Shown here: positions 1 to 14,687 of the stretch, in pieces
How positions within the stretch are numbered: position 1 is the stretch's first letter
Layout: every line of letters begins with the position of its first letter
Source of the DNA: Octopus sinensis
Lineage: Eukaryota
Assembly (NCBI RefSeq): GCF_006345805.1
Contig: NC_043003.1
Span: 36,580,001 to 36,644,000 of the forward strand
DNA length: 64,000 nt
Reading direction: 5' to 3'
Translations under genes and position numbers: made by a program
The notes under the pieces: model-generated
The model's input: the letters and a program-made list of their open reading frames with translations, nothing else
Told to the model about the DNA's origin: nothing
The model's database searches: none

Positions 1-59
1 TCGCGCTCTTCGTCTTGACTGTTTACCTTTGTGAAGAGTTACGTCAATCCGTTTTAAAA

Positions 60-163
60 TATTATTATTATCATTATCATCATCATTATTACCATTACTA
101 TTATTATTATTATTATTATTATTATTATCATTATCATCATCATTATTACCATTACTATTATTA

Positions 164-230
<67 letters not shown>

Positions 231-267
231 CATTATTATTATTATCATTATTATTATTATTATTATA
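60..267. repeat. (TAT/CAT)n microsatellite, (TAA)n on minus strand
   Basis: Direct trinucleotide run; source of the poly-Y/I/L ORFs. Confidence 0.97.
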
Positions 268-1460
268 TTTGGCCTTTGCTTTGTATTTGTACAAGTTAAA
301 ACCAAGTCTCCCCCCAACGACCTCAAAAGACAACAAGTTAGAATTTCAAGTTGGTGTTATGACTAGGGTGCCATATATTATTCTATAGAATATCTGTCAA
401 AACATAAATGAATTAGAAGGTTGATTTAAAAGTAATTTGACGGAAATGATAGTCTGATGTTAAGGTGAAAGTAAAAGGTTTTTGCTGTTATGTACATTTA
501 AAAGTATTTTGACACTGTCTACGCATTAAAATAATTTGGGGATTACATAGACAATATTTTACGTAGGATATGGACAGCTCCCATGAGCCCTATTTTTGAA
601 TTTGTTCCATTTCTGGATATCCTGGTATCAGCTCCTTATGCTATAATTCCTATGGCACCTATGACAACAGGTATTGTTTTAGTCTTGAGGTTCCACATTT
701 TGCCGATTTCCATTTCAAAATCTTTATACTTGCTGACGTTTTCATAGGTATTCACAGATACATTTATGTCGATAGTGACAGTCATATCGATGAGGTGGCA
801 CGATGTTTGTCTGAAGTCCTTTGCATCTATCTTTCAGTCAGTTTGAACGCTTAAGTTCCAAAACACCTTTGGTGGTTTTTGTTCCCACCAATTTTTACCA
901 TGGGGCTGGTCCAAGTCTTTGCAAATTAACCAATGAATACTTTATGCTGCATTATCATACCTGTTGAGATACTCTGAAGGCGCAAGAAAACTGCACATTG
1001 AGGCAACATAGTAAAGAACTGCCGTTCTTTAATATGTTGGCTTGGTAGCTTCTTGTAGGTAGGCATTGATTTTGGGATGTAATGATAAACACTTCTGTCT
1101 GATTTTAAGCCAGAAGACACTAACCATTGATGGGTAAGCACTTTGTCAACATCGGCATTATTAGCTCTACTTGGGTATTTGCCACTGAGAGCTTTTTGTT
1201 ACTATTTATCAGTAAGAGGAATATCTAAATCAGCAGTTTTAGCACAGATTCTCATACGCTTGGTTTTTACTGTTTGTTTCCAGTACGTCTAATTCTGGGA
1301 TTTGATGTATATGGAATTCACTTAGATATATCCTTGCCTGTTTTGTTACTGAGTATTATGTTTTCTTGTTTTCATACTTCAAGACAAGTTTTAACATCCA
1401 ATCATCAATTTTCATTTAGGTGTTTAGGCAAATTGTGGAGATCTTTATTATTCATTCCAG
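268..1460 (-). mobile_element. Degenerate R4/Dong-clade non-LTR retrotransposon, 3' part (restriction-like endonuclease region plus 3' UTR)
   Basis: Minus-strand translation gives CHLIDMTVTIDINVSVNTYENVSKYKDFEMEIGKMWNLKTKTIPVVIGAIG (RLE D..K..KY region) and upstream HQWLVSSGLKS..QNQCLPTRSYQANIL. Stops and frameshifts are present. The 3' end abuts (TAA)n, the known Dong-type target. Confidence 0.85.
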
Positions 1461-2205
1461 TTGGATGTATTCCACTGAATTTTAGGTAAATAATTCTTCG
1501 ACCCTTCGAATAGATGGTCAGTAGCAACACTTGCCTGGTTCGGCTGCTCTACATTGATAAGGGGAAAGTAACCTAAATACCCTGAAACTAGTCTGTAGAT
1601 TCCAGACCAGCAAGGGGAAGTGGCTGACATCCCCTATTCGAAAGTTATAATGGACACAGGTTCGTGGGTCACATAGCTAGCTAGAGGTGATGCCTCTTGG
1701 AGTTAATCAACGGCAGCATTCGTCCTATTTTTCTGCACTGCCATGTTAGGTTGGCGATAACTATTGATAAAAACTAGAATGTTTTACCTGTAATTACAGC
1801 TAACTTCACCAAACCATTATTTATATATCCTGTGTTTGTCCGAAGTTCTACGCCGAGAATTGGCGTAAACAGCAATAAATGAATACACAAGGGAAGAATC
1901 ATACGATCACAATCAAATCTCTTGGACTATGATTTTCTTGCGTCTACATGATGTGTATGCGACGGTGTATGTACGTGCATGTGCGCCTGTGTGCGCACGT
2001 TTATGTTTACACACACGAACACACACATACACATATTCGTAATTTATATTCCGCGTAAGAGATTAATATGAAGCAGGAAATATTTAAAGAATTAAATTCT
2101 ATTGAATGCTCCACCCACTACTGATGGGCGAAATATACTTCTGCAGATAAAATTAATAGTAAAATAATCAAGTCAATAGAAATGCACATTCCTCGCTCCT
2201 TGCAA

Positions 2206-2216
2206 AGAGAGAGAGA

Positions 2217-2270
<54 letters not shown>
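2206..2270. repeat. (GA)n microsatellite
   Basis: Direct dinucleotide run. Confidence 0.95.
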
Positions 2271-2273
<3 letters not shown>

Positions 2274-2299
2274 TATCATAAATCCAATAATCTAAATTA

Positions 2300-3400
2300 C
2301 GGCCTCGGTTGTCACAATGGAAAGTGGATACTTCTTCAAAATTGCTGACATTAAGATATGTCAATCCGAATAAAAACACTGAAAACAATTACATGGAAGG
2401 AGTTGAAATAAATAAAGCAAAAAGAAATACGCCTCGATACATAATGAAATGGACAACAAAACGTAACAAAGGAAAATGCGAAAAAGAAACAGCAGTTCAG
2501 AATTATAACATGCAGAATTACGGGATTACAATGTAACTCTACAAGAAATGCATGAAAGCAAAGGACCCGCAAAACAACAGACACTCAGTAAATGGCAAAC
2601 TATAAATAAAATTTTTAAATCCTCATTTTGAAAATCGAAAACGTTTCTCTGAATAAAGCAAATAGTTGAACATCAAAAGGAAAGGATTTTATCAAAAACG
2701 AAATAGAAATCAATGACATTGCCAAGAACGTGAGATAACAGAATTTGAGGAGATGATTAGACAGAAAAATTAATCCCAACGACATCTTTCGAAGGCAACT
2801 AAATGCAGCGTCTCGGTAATCATGGGAACAACACATAAATTCTTCAGAATTTTCCCGAAAATAAATAAATAAACACCTAGGGGGAAACGGTGAGTGGTGG
2901 TTGCAAAGGTTTTTATTAAAATACAAGTTGGTCACAAAAGGCTTGCAAAAATATTTAATGATTTGCTGAAAGGAGCCGAAGGAACTTTTACGGGGCTCAC
3001 ACCTGGAAGAAAATCTCACTCCCTATATACATTCGACCAAACGCTGACTTACCAAATGTCTCACTCACTCTTGAAACTATATAGCCATAAAACCTGTCTG
3101 TGTACAGAACAGAGATGAAAGTGATATATCGTAAAGATCAATTACCGATCATTAAAAGAATAGAGTCATTTATTTAGGATTAATTTCCTTAAAAAGACTC
3201 ACACTCAATACAATTTTCTGGATTCTGTAAATATTAGTACGGGAGCAGTAATAACAATCAGACACAAGACCATCACCAGAGAAAAGATAACCAACTTCGT
3301 ATACGGAAACCGGAAGGAATTTTAAAACATATTTCACAATAGGTATTTCCTTGAAATTAAATCTTCCTTCATTTCTTCTTGTTGCTAACAATTTTAACTA
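2300..3400 (+). mobile_element. Highly decayed R4/Dong-like LINE fragment (N-terminal RT region)
   Basis: Broken motifs GF(Y/W)..HKRLAKIFNDLL (~2900-2970) and an NYRPITCL-like remnant (~3075-3100); many stops. Confidence 0.55.
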
Positions 3401-4107
3401 CAATACTAAACCAGGATATCTGGAATACATATTATTAGAATACAATCACACATTTTACTTCTGGTTTTTATGCTATAGATGTCAAGAAACTGCAAACAAA
3501 CACTAATTGACAGTATATACCGATTCAATGAAATGTTTTACATGAAATTTGGTTTGGGAAAACGAAGCAAGACAACGTAAGGAGAATTACAAAGATATTC
3601 TAATATGATGCAAAAAATAAGAAACAAAGATTCCACCAAACACGGACTTATCAATACTTACAAAATGTCCGCTTCCATTTATTCTCTGAATTTTTACTTA
3701 AAGTGTTTTCAATTCCGAAAGTGCATAGCTAAAATTAGCCAGACACCACTTTGAAGGTACGGCATCATTTTTCATAAAATATATAACAATTTTTGTTTGA
3801 AGTCTGATGTTTGATTTTAACACATAGTTGAATTTCTACACCACCACTCAATCAGCACTTCGGACGTTGTACTTTTTTTGTAGATTGCTGTAAACGTGTC
3901 CAATGGCTAATCGAAACATGACGATATTCATACTCTTCAAGAAAGAAATAGGATTCACCTCCCATATTTCATTGCTTACCGCTTTCTTCACTCGTTTATT
4001 TGGGGAGCTTGGTTTTCTATTGGCCGAGTGAATTTGCCACTATCCAATTCTTACTCTCATCCAACTACCTATTTCTTTCTTTCTTTCTCTCTCTCTCTCT
4101 CTTTCTT

Positions 4108-4138
<31 letters not shown>

Positions 4139-6299
4139 CTCTCTCTCTTCTCTCTCTTGTCAGAAGGCGTTGTTGGGGATACTTCTAGCTGAGGATGCGA
4201 TAGTGGCTCCATGGAGGACTGTTTGTTGCATTGAATGACATCGTTATCATTTCACACTTTTCCGAGCCTCGACGGTTCAATATTCTGGGGCAGTAATGTT
4301 CTCGGACACGTTGTTTTCATGAGTGTTTATGTCGTGTTTTTTCCCCTTTTCTCTCTTTCCAGATCCCTCTCGGTAGAAACACTTCACAATGTAATTCCCA
4401 GGCATTCTTCCATGTTTTACCGGACTTATCACCTACCTCAATCCTCTTTGTATGAAGTTCAGCAATGGGATTGCAGTTGTCTTCGATGGTATCATGGCCT
4501 TCATGCCTAAGCAATCTCCAACAATTCCATAACACCTAAGTGATCACCACTTAACTCTGTGCCACAGAGATGAAAACGTGTCAAAATTTAACGTTCTCAC
4601 TAATTTCCCTTTGTTCTTATATTTTGTTACGTGATTTTAAAACCAAGTACATCACACTTTTAAAACCATCATCAGATTTTAAAACCAAGTACATGTTTCT
4701 ATATGAACTACCCATATGAATGGAGCACACAGGATGCGATACAGCATGTCGCACAATGCGCCAGACAGTGTGCCGCACAACGCTACACACATCGTCTAAT
4801 ATTGCTTATTGCTTTCAGCTGCTCGTATAAAAGCACATTGAAGCCCTTTTCGGCATTTGTGAAGCAAAGGAATATTGTCTCCCTTCTTTCTCGTTTTTGA
4901 GTAGGTTCATCAGGCAAAAACGCATCATCCTCTCTTTTGTGTTTTGTATTGTTATTCTAATATACAGCCCACTTTCGACCCTTATAAACTTTCCCTTTGT
5001 CTTGTAATGCTAGCAAAGGCATTAATACTCTTCTAAATTTCTTATCAGTTTGCACTGTTATTTCACGTGAAACTAGTGTTTAAGCTTAGGTTGGGCAAAT
5101 TTGCTTTTTCGTATCTCATATGAAGTCTGTATTTGAACATGCATCTATTTGTTGAATTGTTAACTTTTTGCTAAAATGTTTTAGAATTTAGCTTCTCGAT
5201 ACGTTTATTAATTTTGTTTTCAGGTCTGAAAATGATTTGGTCTTGGTGTATATATCAAGTGCTACTATATTAGCACTTGTTGTCAAATCTCTAGTTGAAT
5301 GTAAACAGAAGGAAATTTTCCTGGGGATAAAACAACGCCAAAAAGACAGATATTTTTCTCACACAGAGACCAAAACAGGCTTCCAAACTTTCCCAAATCC
5401 TTTGTTTGTAAAGACAAACTCGGAAAATGTCTAATCACTGAGGAGTGGGTTAGAAAACTCTTCCGATTGCTCAAGAATACAGTAATAATGCTTCTAACAT
5501 TTCTAAAATTTGGAGTAGATAATCGACGATATCGCAGACCCACGTACTTCATTGGTATTTTATTGTAACGAAACCGAAAAGACGAAAGGCTATGTCAATC
5601 TAGCTACATCTACGTTTAGAATGAAGACCCCCATCGAGCGATGACCATTTCACTAATATATACAACAAAATTTTAGAGGTCTAAACTATGGAAATGTGTT
5701 TAGCTTTGACGGGAAATTTCATGTTGCAATTAATATAGGCGGTATAGGAAAAGAGGAGTACAAAAAGATGCGTAAACTTAAAATCACTTAACATGTCTGA
5801 GTCAATATCGTGACAAGCAAATGATACCAAAGGCAACACAAACTAACGGCATATGACTGAAAAGTCAACACGATTATATAGAGAGCCAACCGTGCACATC
5901 TAACAGTACGAGCAATCCAGCACTACAGGTAGAATTATTTATCAAAGTCAATAAAGAAAATAGGTTTCCTTCAAACGTATAAACGCTAAAGAACAAAAAA
6001 AAATCTATTTCATCTCTAAAGTTAATATTAGTAATAGACCGAAAACCTGTGATTTTAATAACGACTCGATGTGGACTATTAGATATTTAATTATATACAC
6101 GCAAACGAATGAATTCGAACGTATATGAAGAGTTACCAATATACTCATACACGTACACGCATACACATAAACATGCGTAAATATATATACATATACACAT
6201 ACATTATATGTTTATAGATATATTATAGGCAAGCGTATATAGGTAAATATCTTCTTATATACCTTTACGTGTATATATATATAATATATATATATATAT

Positions 6300-7136
6300 G
6301 TGAAATAGAAAGATGAATAATCTTGTAGTAATTAATCAAAAGTTTAACCGATACCTTAGTAGCAAAAATCACAGCAGTGAACAGCACGGTTGGAGGTACA
6401 ACCATCTGGCGTTGCAACCGTGCGTTGGTGCGGATAATTGAAATTAAAACATTATTGGTGAATTGAAGAAATGGAGCTGAACGCAGATTGAACAGAAATC
6501 GTTTTATTTCATTCTACACGTGTTTCGAAAGGCTTAGATGAACACACACACACACACATAAAACATAAAATATATATATATAATTTCTTTATTTTTTTTC
6601 TTTTCTGCCACCCAACGGTTATCACGGCAGTAGCCACTGACAGCCGAACGATCAAACGCACACACGTACACAAAAAATGTTTTCTACCCCTACGCCAACA
6701 CACACATATATAGAACAGTATACACACACACACGTCTCTAAGTAGATTTTTTCTCGCCCCTTATAAAACATCCAATATTCTTTAAATAGTCAGAACTTTA
6801 TTCTCGGTCACAAAGAACATCTATACACCCTAACCCACATGTTTGACCGATGCCTGACCTGTTGAATTCTTCAGCCACCGGTCCTCAACATACACTGATA
6901 AACAGTTTCGCCATGGGCTCTTAGGAGCACAGTTCGATTTGTTTTTTGCTCTGCCTCTGTTCTGTTTTTGTTTTTCCAACGGATTTCCTTTTTTCTTCCT
7001 GAAGAGAAAGACACAATATGGTCCCATTATTCAATCGGATTTTGGTAATTTGTGCCTTTCGAAACACGTGTAGAATGAAATAAAACGATTTCTGTTCAAT
7101 CTGCGTTCAGCTCCATTTCTTCATTCACCAATAATG

Positions 7137-7143
<7 letters not shown>
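6300..7143. mobile_element. Non-coding Penelope-like/retrozyme-like element with ~90-bp inverted repeat, flanked by (TA)n
   Basis: 6443-6533 is the reverse complement of 7054-7143 (one indel). Both outer ends run into TA tracts, and it contains a hammerhead motif. Confidence 0.7.
6989..7084 (+). ncRNA. Type I hammerhead ribozyme motif
   Basis: TTTTCTTC-CTGAAGA(6999-7005)-GAAAGACACAA..TTGTGCCTTTC (stem II, 10/11 bp)-GAAAC(7061-7065)-ACGT-GTA^-GAATGAAA. Predicted cleavage after 7072. Confidence 0.75.
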
Positions 7144-7221
<78 letters not shown>

Positions 7222-8569
7222 TATAATATATACATAAATATATATATATATATATATATACATAAATATATATATATATATATACATAATATATATATAT
7301 ATATATATATATGTCTGTATGTAGGTATGTATGTATATATTCATACATACACACATACATACGTGCATGCCTATATATATGTGTATGTATAATTATGAAT
7401 ATATATGTATGCATGTATATTTATATGCATATAAATCATAAATCATATAAATCCCCAAAACAACGTAAGTCACAATTTTAAGGTATATACATATATACAC
7501 ATGATAACTGGGATGTGTGTGTGCGTATTTTTCACAATATATGAATTCAGGTAATCTGGTAGTACTCATAATAAATCTCTTTAATGAATCAATATACAAC
7601 ACTTATAGAACTACAGTACGATATCTACAGGATATATATCGCGTTACATCGAGAGTTTAGTATGTAACAAAGAGTGTCTTTCACCCGACGACGTAGCTTA
7701 AATTCTGCCAGATTTTTAAAAGATTTTTTTGCATTTTGCATTAATGCAGATATGTAAGTAATTAATTTATTACTAAGTATAATAATATACATTATTTCCC
7801 TGTTTTAAGTTATGAAACAATTTGTGATGTTATTTGAATTACCGTGTTGTTAAAAAAAATCCCATGAGTATGTGTGTGTGAGAGAGAGTGCGTGCGTGTA
7901 TGTGTGTATGTTTGTGTATGTATACATATATATATACATATGTATATACACATATATATGTACACACCCATACATGCACACACACACACACATATTTATT
8001 TATTGAGTGTGCGTTGAAAATTTACAAAAGGTTTAGAAATATTCACAAAATGTAGGCATTCCTGACTTCTTTTGAAATCATCTTAGAATTCTAATACACA
8101 CTGACTGCACATAAAATTATTTATAAACTAACTAATCACCCACTATCTAATGCATGTTATGCAAATTAATCTAGATGTTGCACATAGACTTCCTAAGTCC
8201 AAGTTTTGTCTGATTTACATAGCAACAAATCTGAAGTTTACAACTTAAGTATAAGTTTACATGGGTGATGGCCCTACTAGAGTTAGCCGTGCTGTCATGA
8301 AACCTATTAGCACAGATGTATGAGAGGTTTACAAAAGGCGTATATGTTTGTTTATTTTCGTCAACGAGGGAGTCACTAAGTATAGCATAACTGCATTAAA
8401 TATAATTTAGCCTTTCCAATAGAGTCAGTGCGTAAAATTATTTACTTACTATCTCTTTTGTGTGTGGGGGCGGTGTTTGAGAGAGAGAGAGAGAGTGTGT
8501 GTGTGTGTGTATGTGTGTAATGAGGAACCGTATACGAAAATAGTACAGAACGCCAGACATGATGTATTT

Positions 8570-8955
8570 CTCTTTCATTTTACATTTGTATCAGTTATTA
8601 GACTGTGGCCATGCTGGAGCAACGCCTTGAACGGTTTTAGTCGGTAAGATCGGCTCCATTACATATCTTTAATTCTAGTACTCATTCTACCGTTCTATTC
8701 AGTCGGACTGCTGCATCAAGGGAACGTAAATCAAACATCAGTTGTCAAATAATGGAGGAGGAGGAAAAACAAATACACTAACACACACACACGCACACAT
8801 ACACACACACATACACATATATCTATGTGTGTATGGCATAGGTCAACCAGGGGCTATAGTAGAAGAAACTTCCTCAAGGTTCTGCAAAGGGGAACTGAAC
8901 CTGAAACCACGTTTTCGCAAAACGAGCTACTTAAAAGAACATCTATGCCGGCGAT
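8570..8955 (-). mobile_element. tRNA-derived SINE family B (internal CA/TA repeat), diverged copy
   Basis: Shares GGCCATGCTGGAGCA..GGCTATAGTAGAAGA..ACTGAACC blocks with the copies at 16.4, 43.8 and 45.1 kb. Confidence 0.7.
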
Positions 8956-9145
8956 TATAATGCGCTTATATTATGTTGATAATATACTGAAAGGTAAGCA
9001 GTTTATGACTCACATATACGTGTGTCACACTTTCATCGGTACCTATCTAAATGGGCATCTAATAGATCAGATATTTGCTTTCGTACCTATAAGTGTAAAA
9101 CGTGTGAGTCATTAACGGCTGCTTACCTACAAATACATGCACCGA

Positions 9146-9182
<37 letters not shown>

Positions 9183-9666
9183 GCGTATGTTTGTGTGCGT
9201 GTATGTGCGTGCGTTTTTGTGTGTATGTGCTAATGTATACCACAAATATATATATATATATATATATTCGGGGTAAGGAGTAAGCATTTGCAGATATAGA
9301 TAGATATTTATATATTTATATATACATGTCTGTATATAACTATGTAGATAAAACAAGATTCATGCATAAATATATGCATATATACATTAATACATGCTAC
9401 CATATATATTCATAAATATGTGTATATAATTAATGTGTGTGCGTGTGTGTGCACGTATTGACATACGCGAAACTTAGTACAATTTTAGTTCACTTAAGCT
9501 ATACGCTTATTCACTTTAAATGCCCAATCAAATAACTCATAAATGGCGCTATGATTTTGTCTGCAAAAATTAAAAGAACAAGAACAAAAGACCTACATTT
9601 CACAGTGCGCACAGTCTACTTTTGAGTCTTTTTGTACTCTATCGACCTTATGTGTCTCTAGGTGCT

Positions 9667-9872
9667 ATATTGCTTTCAAATTTTGGCGTATGACCAACAA
9701 CCTCCAGGAAAGAGGCGAGTCGATTACATCAACCCCATTGCTCAAGTGGAACTTATTTTATCGACCCCAGAAGGAAGAAAGGCGAAGTCAATCTCGGTGG
9801 AATTTAAGTACAAACAAAATGCCTCTAAGATTTAGCCTGGCGTCCTAACGATCTCGCCAGCTCCTTGCCTTT
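9667..9872 (-). mobile_element. tRNA-derived SINE family A, diverged copy
   Basis: Matches family A blocks (GTCGATTACATC..TTTATCGACCCC..GAAAGGC..CTCGG.GGAATTT) seen at 41, 44 and 55 kb. Confidence 0.8.
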
Positions 9873-10299
9873 CACTAGGTGATATATGGGCTGTCTTCAA
9901 TGTAGCAACCGAAAGCACACCTAAATACTCAATCGAACATAACGGTGAAAGAGAAGCAAACTTCTTACTACACATCCACGCCTGCGCCAATATTTTTATA
10001 AATGCATTTTTATACGTTTAATTTGGGTAAAAGAAAATGTAAATCTATTGGTTTCTGGCAGTTTGAATCATCTTTTGGGCATTTGTAAAACGAAAGATCT
10101 TAAATCTGCTGTTTCTGCGTATTTCCAAAGTTCTTGCTCTGCGGAATTTTACGGAATTTCTTTTTATATGAACAGTTGTCTGTGGATTCTATCACGCTGG
10201 AAAGATAAATTGTCTGTTTCGCCGATATCATTCTCTTTGAAATTGTGGTGTAGTAGATATCTTTTTTCTTGAAGTTCATATCTACATTTATTTGGAGTG

Positions 10300-11000
10300 A
10301 CAGCTCACTTTTAAATTTTATATGCGAACCAGTATCCAAATATTTGAAGTTGTAGTTGTTGCAACATATTCACATCTATTCACGACCGTAAACTCCGAGA
10401 AGCTGTGGATCAGGCGAATGCATACTGGAAGCAAATGCGATTGTTGAAGCAGTCTGCGAAAGGCGGTGTTTACTCGGTAAGTACAGCGCCCAGAGGAGGG
10501 GAAACATCGATACCAGAAAGAAGGGAGAAGTCTGTGCAATAGCTGCAATACAGCAGGGAAGAAACCTGAAAGGAATTAGGGCTTGTAACCAGGAGTAACT
10601 TAACTCCTTTTCTAGCAAGGAACCCTTGAGTACTAACCAGGGAAACTCGTCCTTCTTCATAGGTATTGTAACTGAACTCTTATCAATACCAGATAACTAA
10701 AAATATGTGAGAAAGAGGAAGCTCCCTCCCATCCTGTAAGCAGTCTGGAACAACTCTTTGAATCCAGGATCACATTTCTACGGGATGAGTTAGTGGAAGA
10801 AGGTTGATAAGAGTGGAGTTATGGCAGTGTCCGTATAGAAACTCCCTAGAGGGCAAACTTCGGTGAATTAAAACAATCCAAGTGTACGAAATTCCTTAGA
10901 GAAAGTAAAAAGAGTCCTAAGAGCAAAGCAATGGCAAGGGAACCATTTTCTATCTTGCATCCAGACTCATACTGGGAGATGTGAAAGAACCACAAGAGCA
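10300..11000 (-). mobile_element. Decayed CR1/Jockey-group LINE fragment (end of APE endonuclease and linker)
   Basis: Minus-strand remnants DEFPW and FLPCCIAAIA resemble the (D)FPW..PWFSPSCAAAIA linker of these LINEs; heavily disrupted. Confidence 0.45.
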
Positions 11001-11079
11001 ATGGTTTCAAAATAAGAGCTTCCGTGTAGTTTCTGCGTAGTGAAAAACAGCACCGATGTTTATTTCCCACGCAAAAATA

Positions 11080-11109
11080 TACACACAGACACAGACACAC
11101 AGACACACA

Positions 11110-11152
<43 letters not shown>

Positions 11153-11180
11153 GCATACGCACACATGTTCTCTATCCCCA

Positions 11181-11229
<49 letters not shown>

Positions 11230-11953
11230 CTAACTATCTATCTGTTTATCTATCTATCTATCTATCTATCTGTTTATCTATCTCGCTTCTGCACATCAAC
11301 ATTATTTGAACTTGTATCCTTAATTCACTTTAAAATAGATTCGCACGATCCTCGTCTTCTCATCCTTTCATGTAAAGTCAATATCTATATTTTATTTGTA
11401 TCCTTTATCCAACTTGGCATTATTTTTACTTGGTTTTTGCTCATGCGTTGATTTTTCCTCTATCCTTCATTTTCTACTCTTTGCAGTTTTCAATTTCGCA
11501 AGTCGATATCAGTATTCCCTATTTTTCCTTCAATACTCCATTCCTCATATGTTACGGTTCTTGGATGTCCCTGCTCTTAGTCACGATTCATGTACCCAGT
11601 TTCTTTGATTTCACCCAAATATTCATGTATATTCTTTGTATCGTTCTAAATATTTTATCTGTCAACTCGCGTTTTCCGTTTGCATCTCTCGTTTTATGAC
11701 ATTTTCGTTCTCTCTCTGCCTCTCTGTTTCTCTCTCACTTACTTTCTTTCTCTCTCTCCATCTTTCTCTCTCTCTTTTTCTCTCTCTATCTCTCTGTGTC
11801 TTAATATAGCTGACGCTATATTCATATTCATATCGTTTTCTGTGCATTGTGTGTGTGTGTGTGTGTATATGTATGTATGTATGTATGTATATATATATAT
11901 ATTATATATATATAATATATAGAGAGAGAGAGAGAGAGAGAGATATTATATAT

Positions 11954-11998
<45 letters not shown>

Positions 11999-12064
11999 GT
12001 ATGATGTATGTATTTATGTATGTATGTATGTATATATGTATATATGTATATATATATGTATATA

Positions 12065-12151
<87 letters not shown>

Positions 12152-12365
12152 ATGTATGTATGCACATATATCCCTCATGTACTTACAGACATGAATATTC
12201 GTGTGTGTGTGTGTGTGTGTATATGTTCGCTTTTATATCGGGAATCATTCCTTTGTTTCTTTCCATCAGATTTTCCACCTCTGGAATATGTCTTCATGCT
12301 CGTAGCACCACCATTCTTTGTCATTGCTTGTCCTGTTGTAATTCACTCACTGTTTTTCACTCCTG

Positions 12366-12430
<65 letters not shown>

Positions 12431-12658
12431 TTGTTTATCTTTCTTCCAGCTTTCTATTCAATCTCTTTTTCCATTTCCTCTCTTCCCAGACTCTCATACT
12501 CCATGAAATATGCATTCTCTCTTTTACTCAACTCAGGTTCGTATATTTTTCCGTTTCCTTCCACAGTTAACGTTCACGTCATAAAATATTTCCCTCTCAG
12601 TATCTAAGTATCTTTTTTCCTCACTACACTCACTACCTCCCCCTCTCTTCACCATCTC

Positions 12659-12715
<57 letters not shown>

Positions 12716-12731
12716 GGCTCTTTCCCACATA

Positions 12732-12779
<48 letters not shown>

Positions 12780-12780
12780 G
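11080..12780. repeat. Compound microsatellite zone (CA, CT, TATC, TA, GT, TATG)
   Basis: Multiple adjacent simple repeats with short unique spacers. Confidence 0.9.
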
Positions 12781-13840
12781 TTTCTGTATCCATTTTCTTA
12801 AAATATATTTTACTGTCTTTAAATCTTCGAAGACACTACCTTTTTTTTTTTTACCTTTTCCTGACTTCCCAACGTCCGATTCATGCCTGGTATTTCTTTG
12901 ATTTGCCTTCGAATAATTACATTTACTTCTTGTTTCCCGTTGCTGCGTTTCCACAATCTTCGCTTCTCTCTTTCTTTGTTTATTTCTTTCTCTTCCATTT
13001 CTCACTTTCTCTTTTCATCCCTTACCTTCTTCGCCTCCTCTTTAACTTCGTTACTTTTTCTCCTGCAGTTATTTCTCATTCACCCACCCCGGCTTTTATC
13101 TGCTAAACTATTTCTGCGACTTGTTTATTTATTTATATTTCTCATAACTGCCTCCTCCTGGGATGTATTACCATTATTAAGCACATCTTTCTTTTCTAGA
13201 GCAGCTCCCACGTGACTTACCGATGACTGATGACCAGCCTTTGGGACTGCATTATTCTCGTTTAGACTGTTCTGAAGTCTGAGATAATTACCATATAGGC
13301 GCCGTTCTGAAAGTGGTTGTTCATAGCCCGATTTCTTTATTTTGAATGCTTGGAATCGGTATTTGTTCTGAACCTTACCTGTTTCTTGGTATTATGAACC
13401 AGCTGTCATGTGACCTGCTTTAACTATATAGCTTTTTCAGTTGTCATCAGGAAAATATTGCCTGGTTACATGCCTAACACAAGATTCAAGACAGCACATA
13501 ACACCATTACATTCCTTACATACAATAGTTTATCTAGAAGTCTGAATATGAACAAGAATGAAAATTATAAAAAAATACTTACGAAATACAAATACAAATA
13601 CAAAGAAAATTGAATTAACATGCAAATTTTAAAAAAAAATTATTTCAAGAAAACTAAATTATTTTATTTTCTATAGAAAGTATTTATACAATTTTGTATA
13701 ATTAGAGGCAAAACGTTATTCGCGATGTTATGTTTAAAAGGGACAAATATTCACACGATTTTGCATGTCATGGTGACATTGTCAATTATGTCACCGCGTA
13801 TCTCTATATCTTTACGTACGCAATATACATACATATATAT

Positions 13841-13919
<79 letters not shown>

Positions 13920-14487
13920 TATATATATATATATTATATATATATATATATATATAATATATATATATATAGTCAATAATAATAAAGGGCAAAATTAATT
14001 AATTAATTAGTAATTAATAATTTTACCAAGTAGTGTTCAGTATGTAAAAGGACCATTTACGGTCAATTTAAACTTTACTTTATATAACATTACTTTACAT
14101 ATACATTACTTAATATTTTTTTTTGCTGAACCCTAATTATCTAAGGTAATGTTTATATATATATATATGATGGTTATTGTGTTCAACTCCGTGTAAACGT
14201 GGATCAGGCCAACCTATATCAATGACTTTCACTTCGTGACAATCCCTTATTTAAATTTATTACTTCACAAATAAATAATTGTTCAATATATAGTTTTTTT
14301 TTAAGAAAGTTTAATTTTGAGGGAAATTTATCGGTTATTTCTAGCGCATCAAGCGAACATCTATAACACTACTTTGGTCCGATAAATGTTACGTTCTTGT
14401 TGTTGATTAGTTCCATAGCAGTTCCCATCAAGTAATCCAGTGGCACACTAATAATCAACTTGCTGATGATGAAGAATTACACATAAA

Positions 14488-14687
14488 TACGAGAGTTTGT
14501 TGAAAGATCCCTGAATTTAAGGGAATTGCGAAAGGCCTGGAATCAGACACAAACTTCCTAGTTCTTTTACTGGGCTTAGAAAAACTTTAGAACTGCAGCG
14601 AGGGAAATATGTTCAATAAAACCATAATTAACTGATCCTTGTGCATTTTTTTACCCAAAGCCAAGAACCTTTCTGCACCCCCGCGTG
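14488..14687. mobile_element. Mariner-type MITE, diverged
   Basis: Imperfect TIRs TACGAGAGTTTGTTGAAAGATCCCTG / CCAAGAACCTTTCTGCACCCCCGCGTG resemble mariner TACGAGGG.. ends; ~200 bp, no ORF. Confidence 0.6.
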
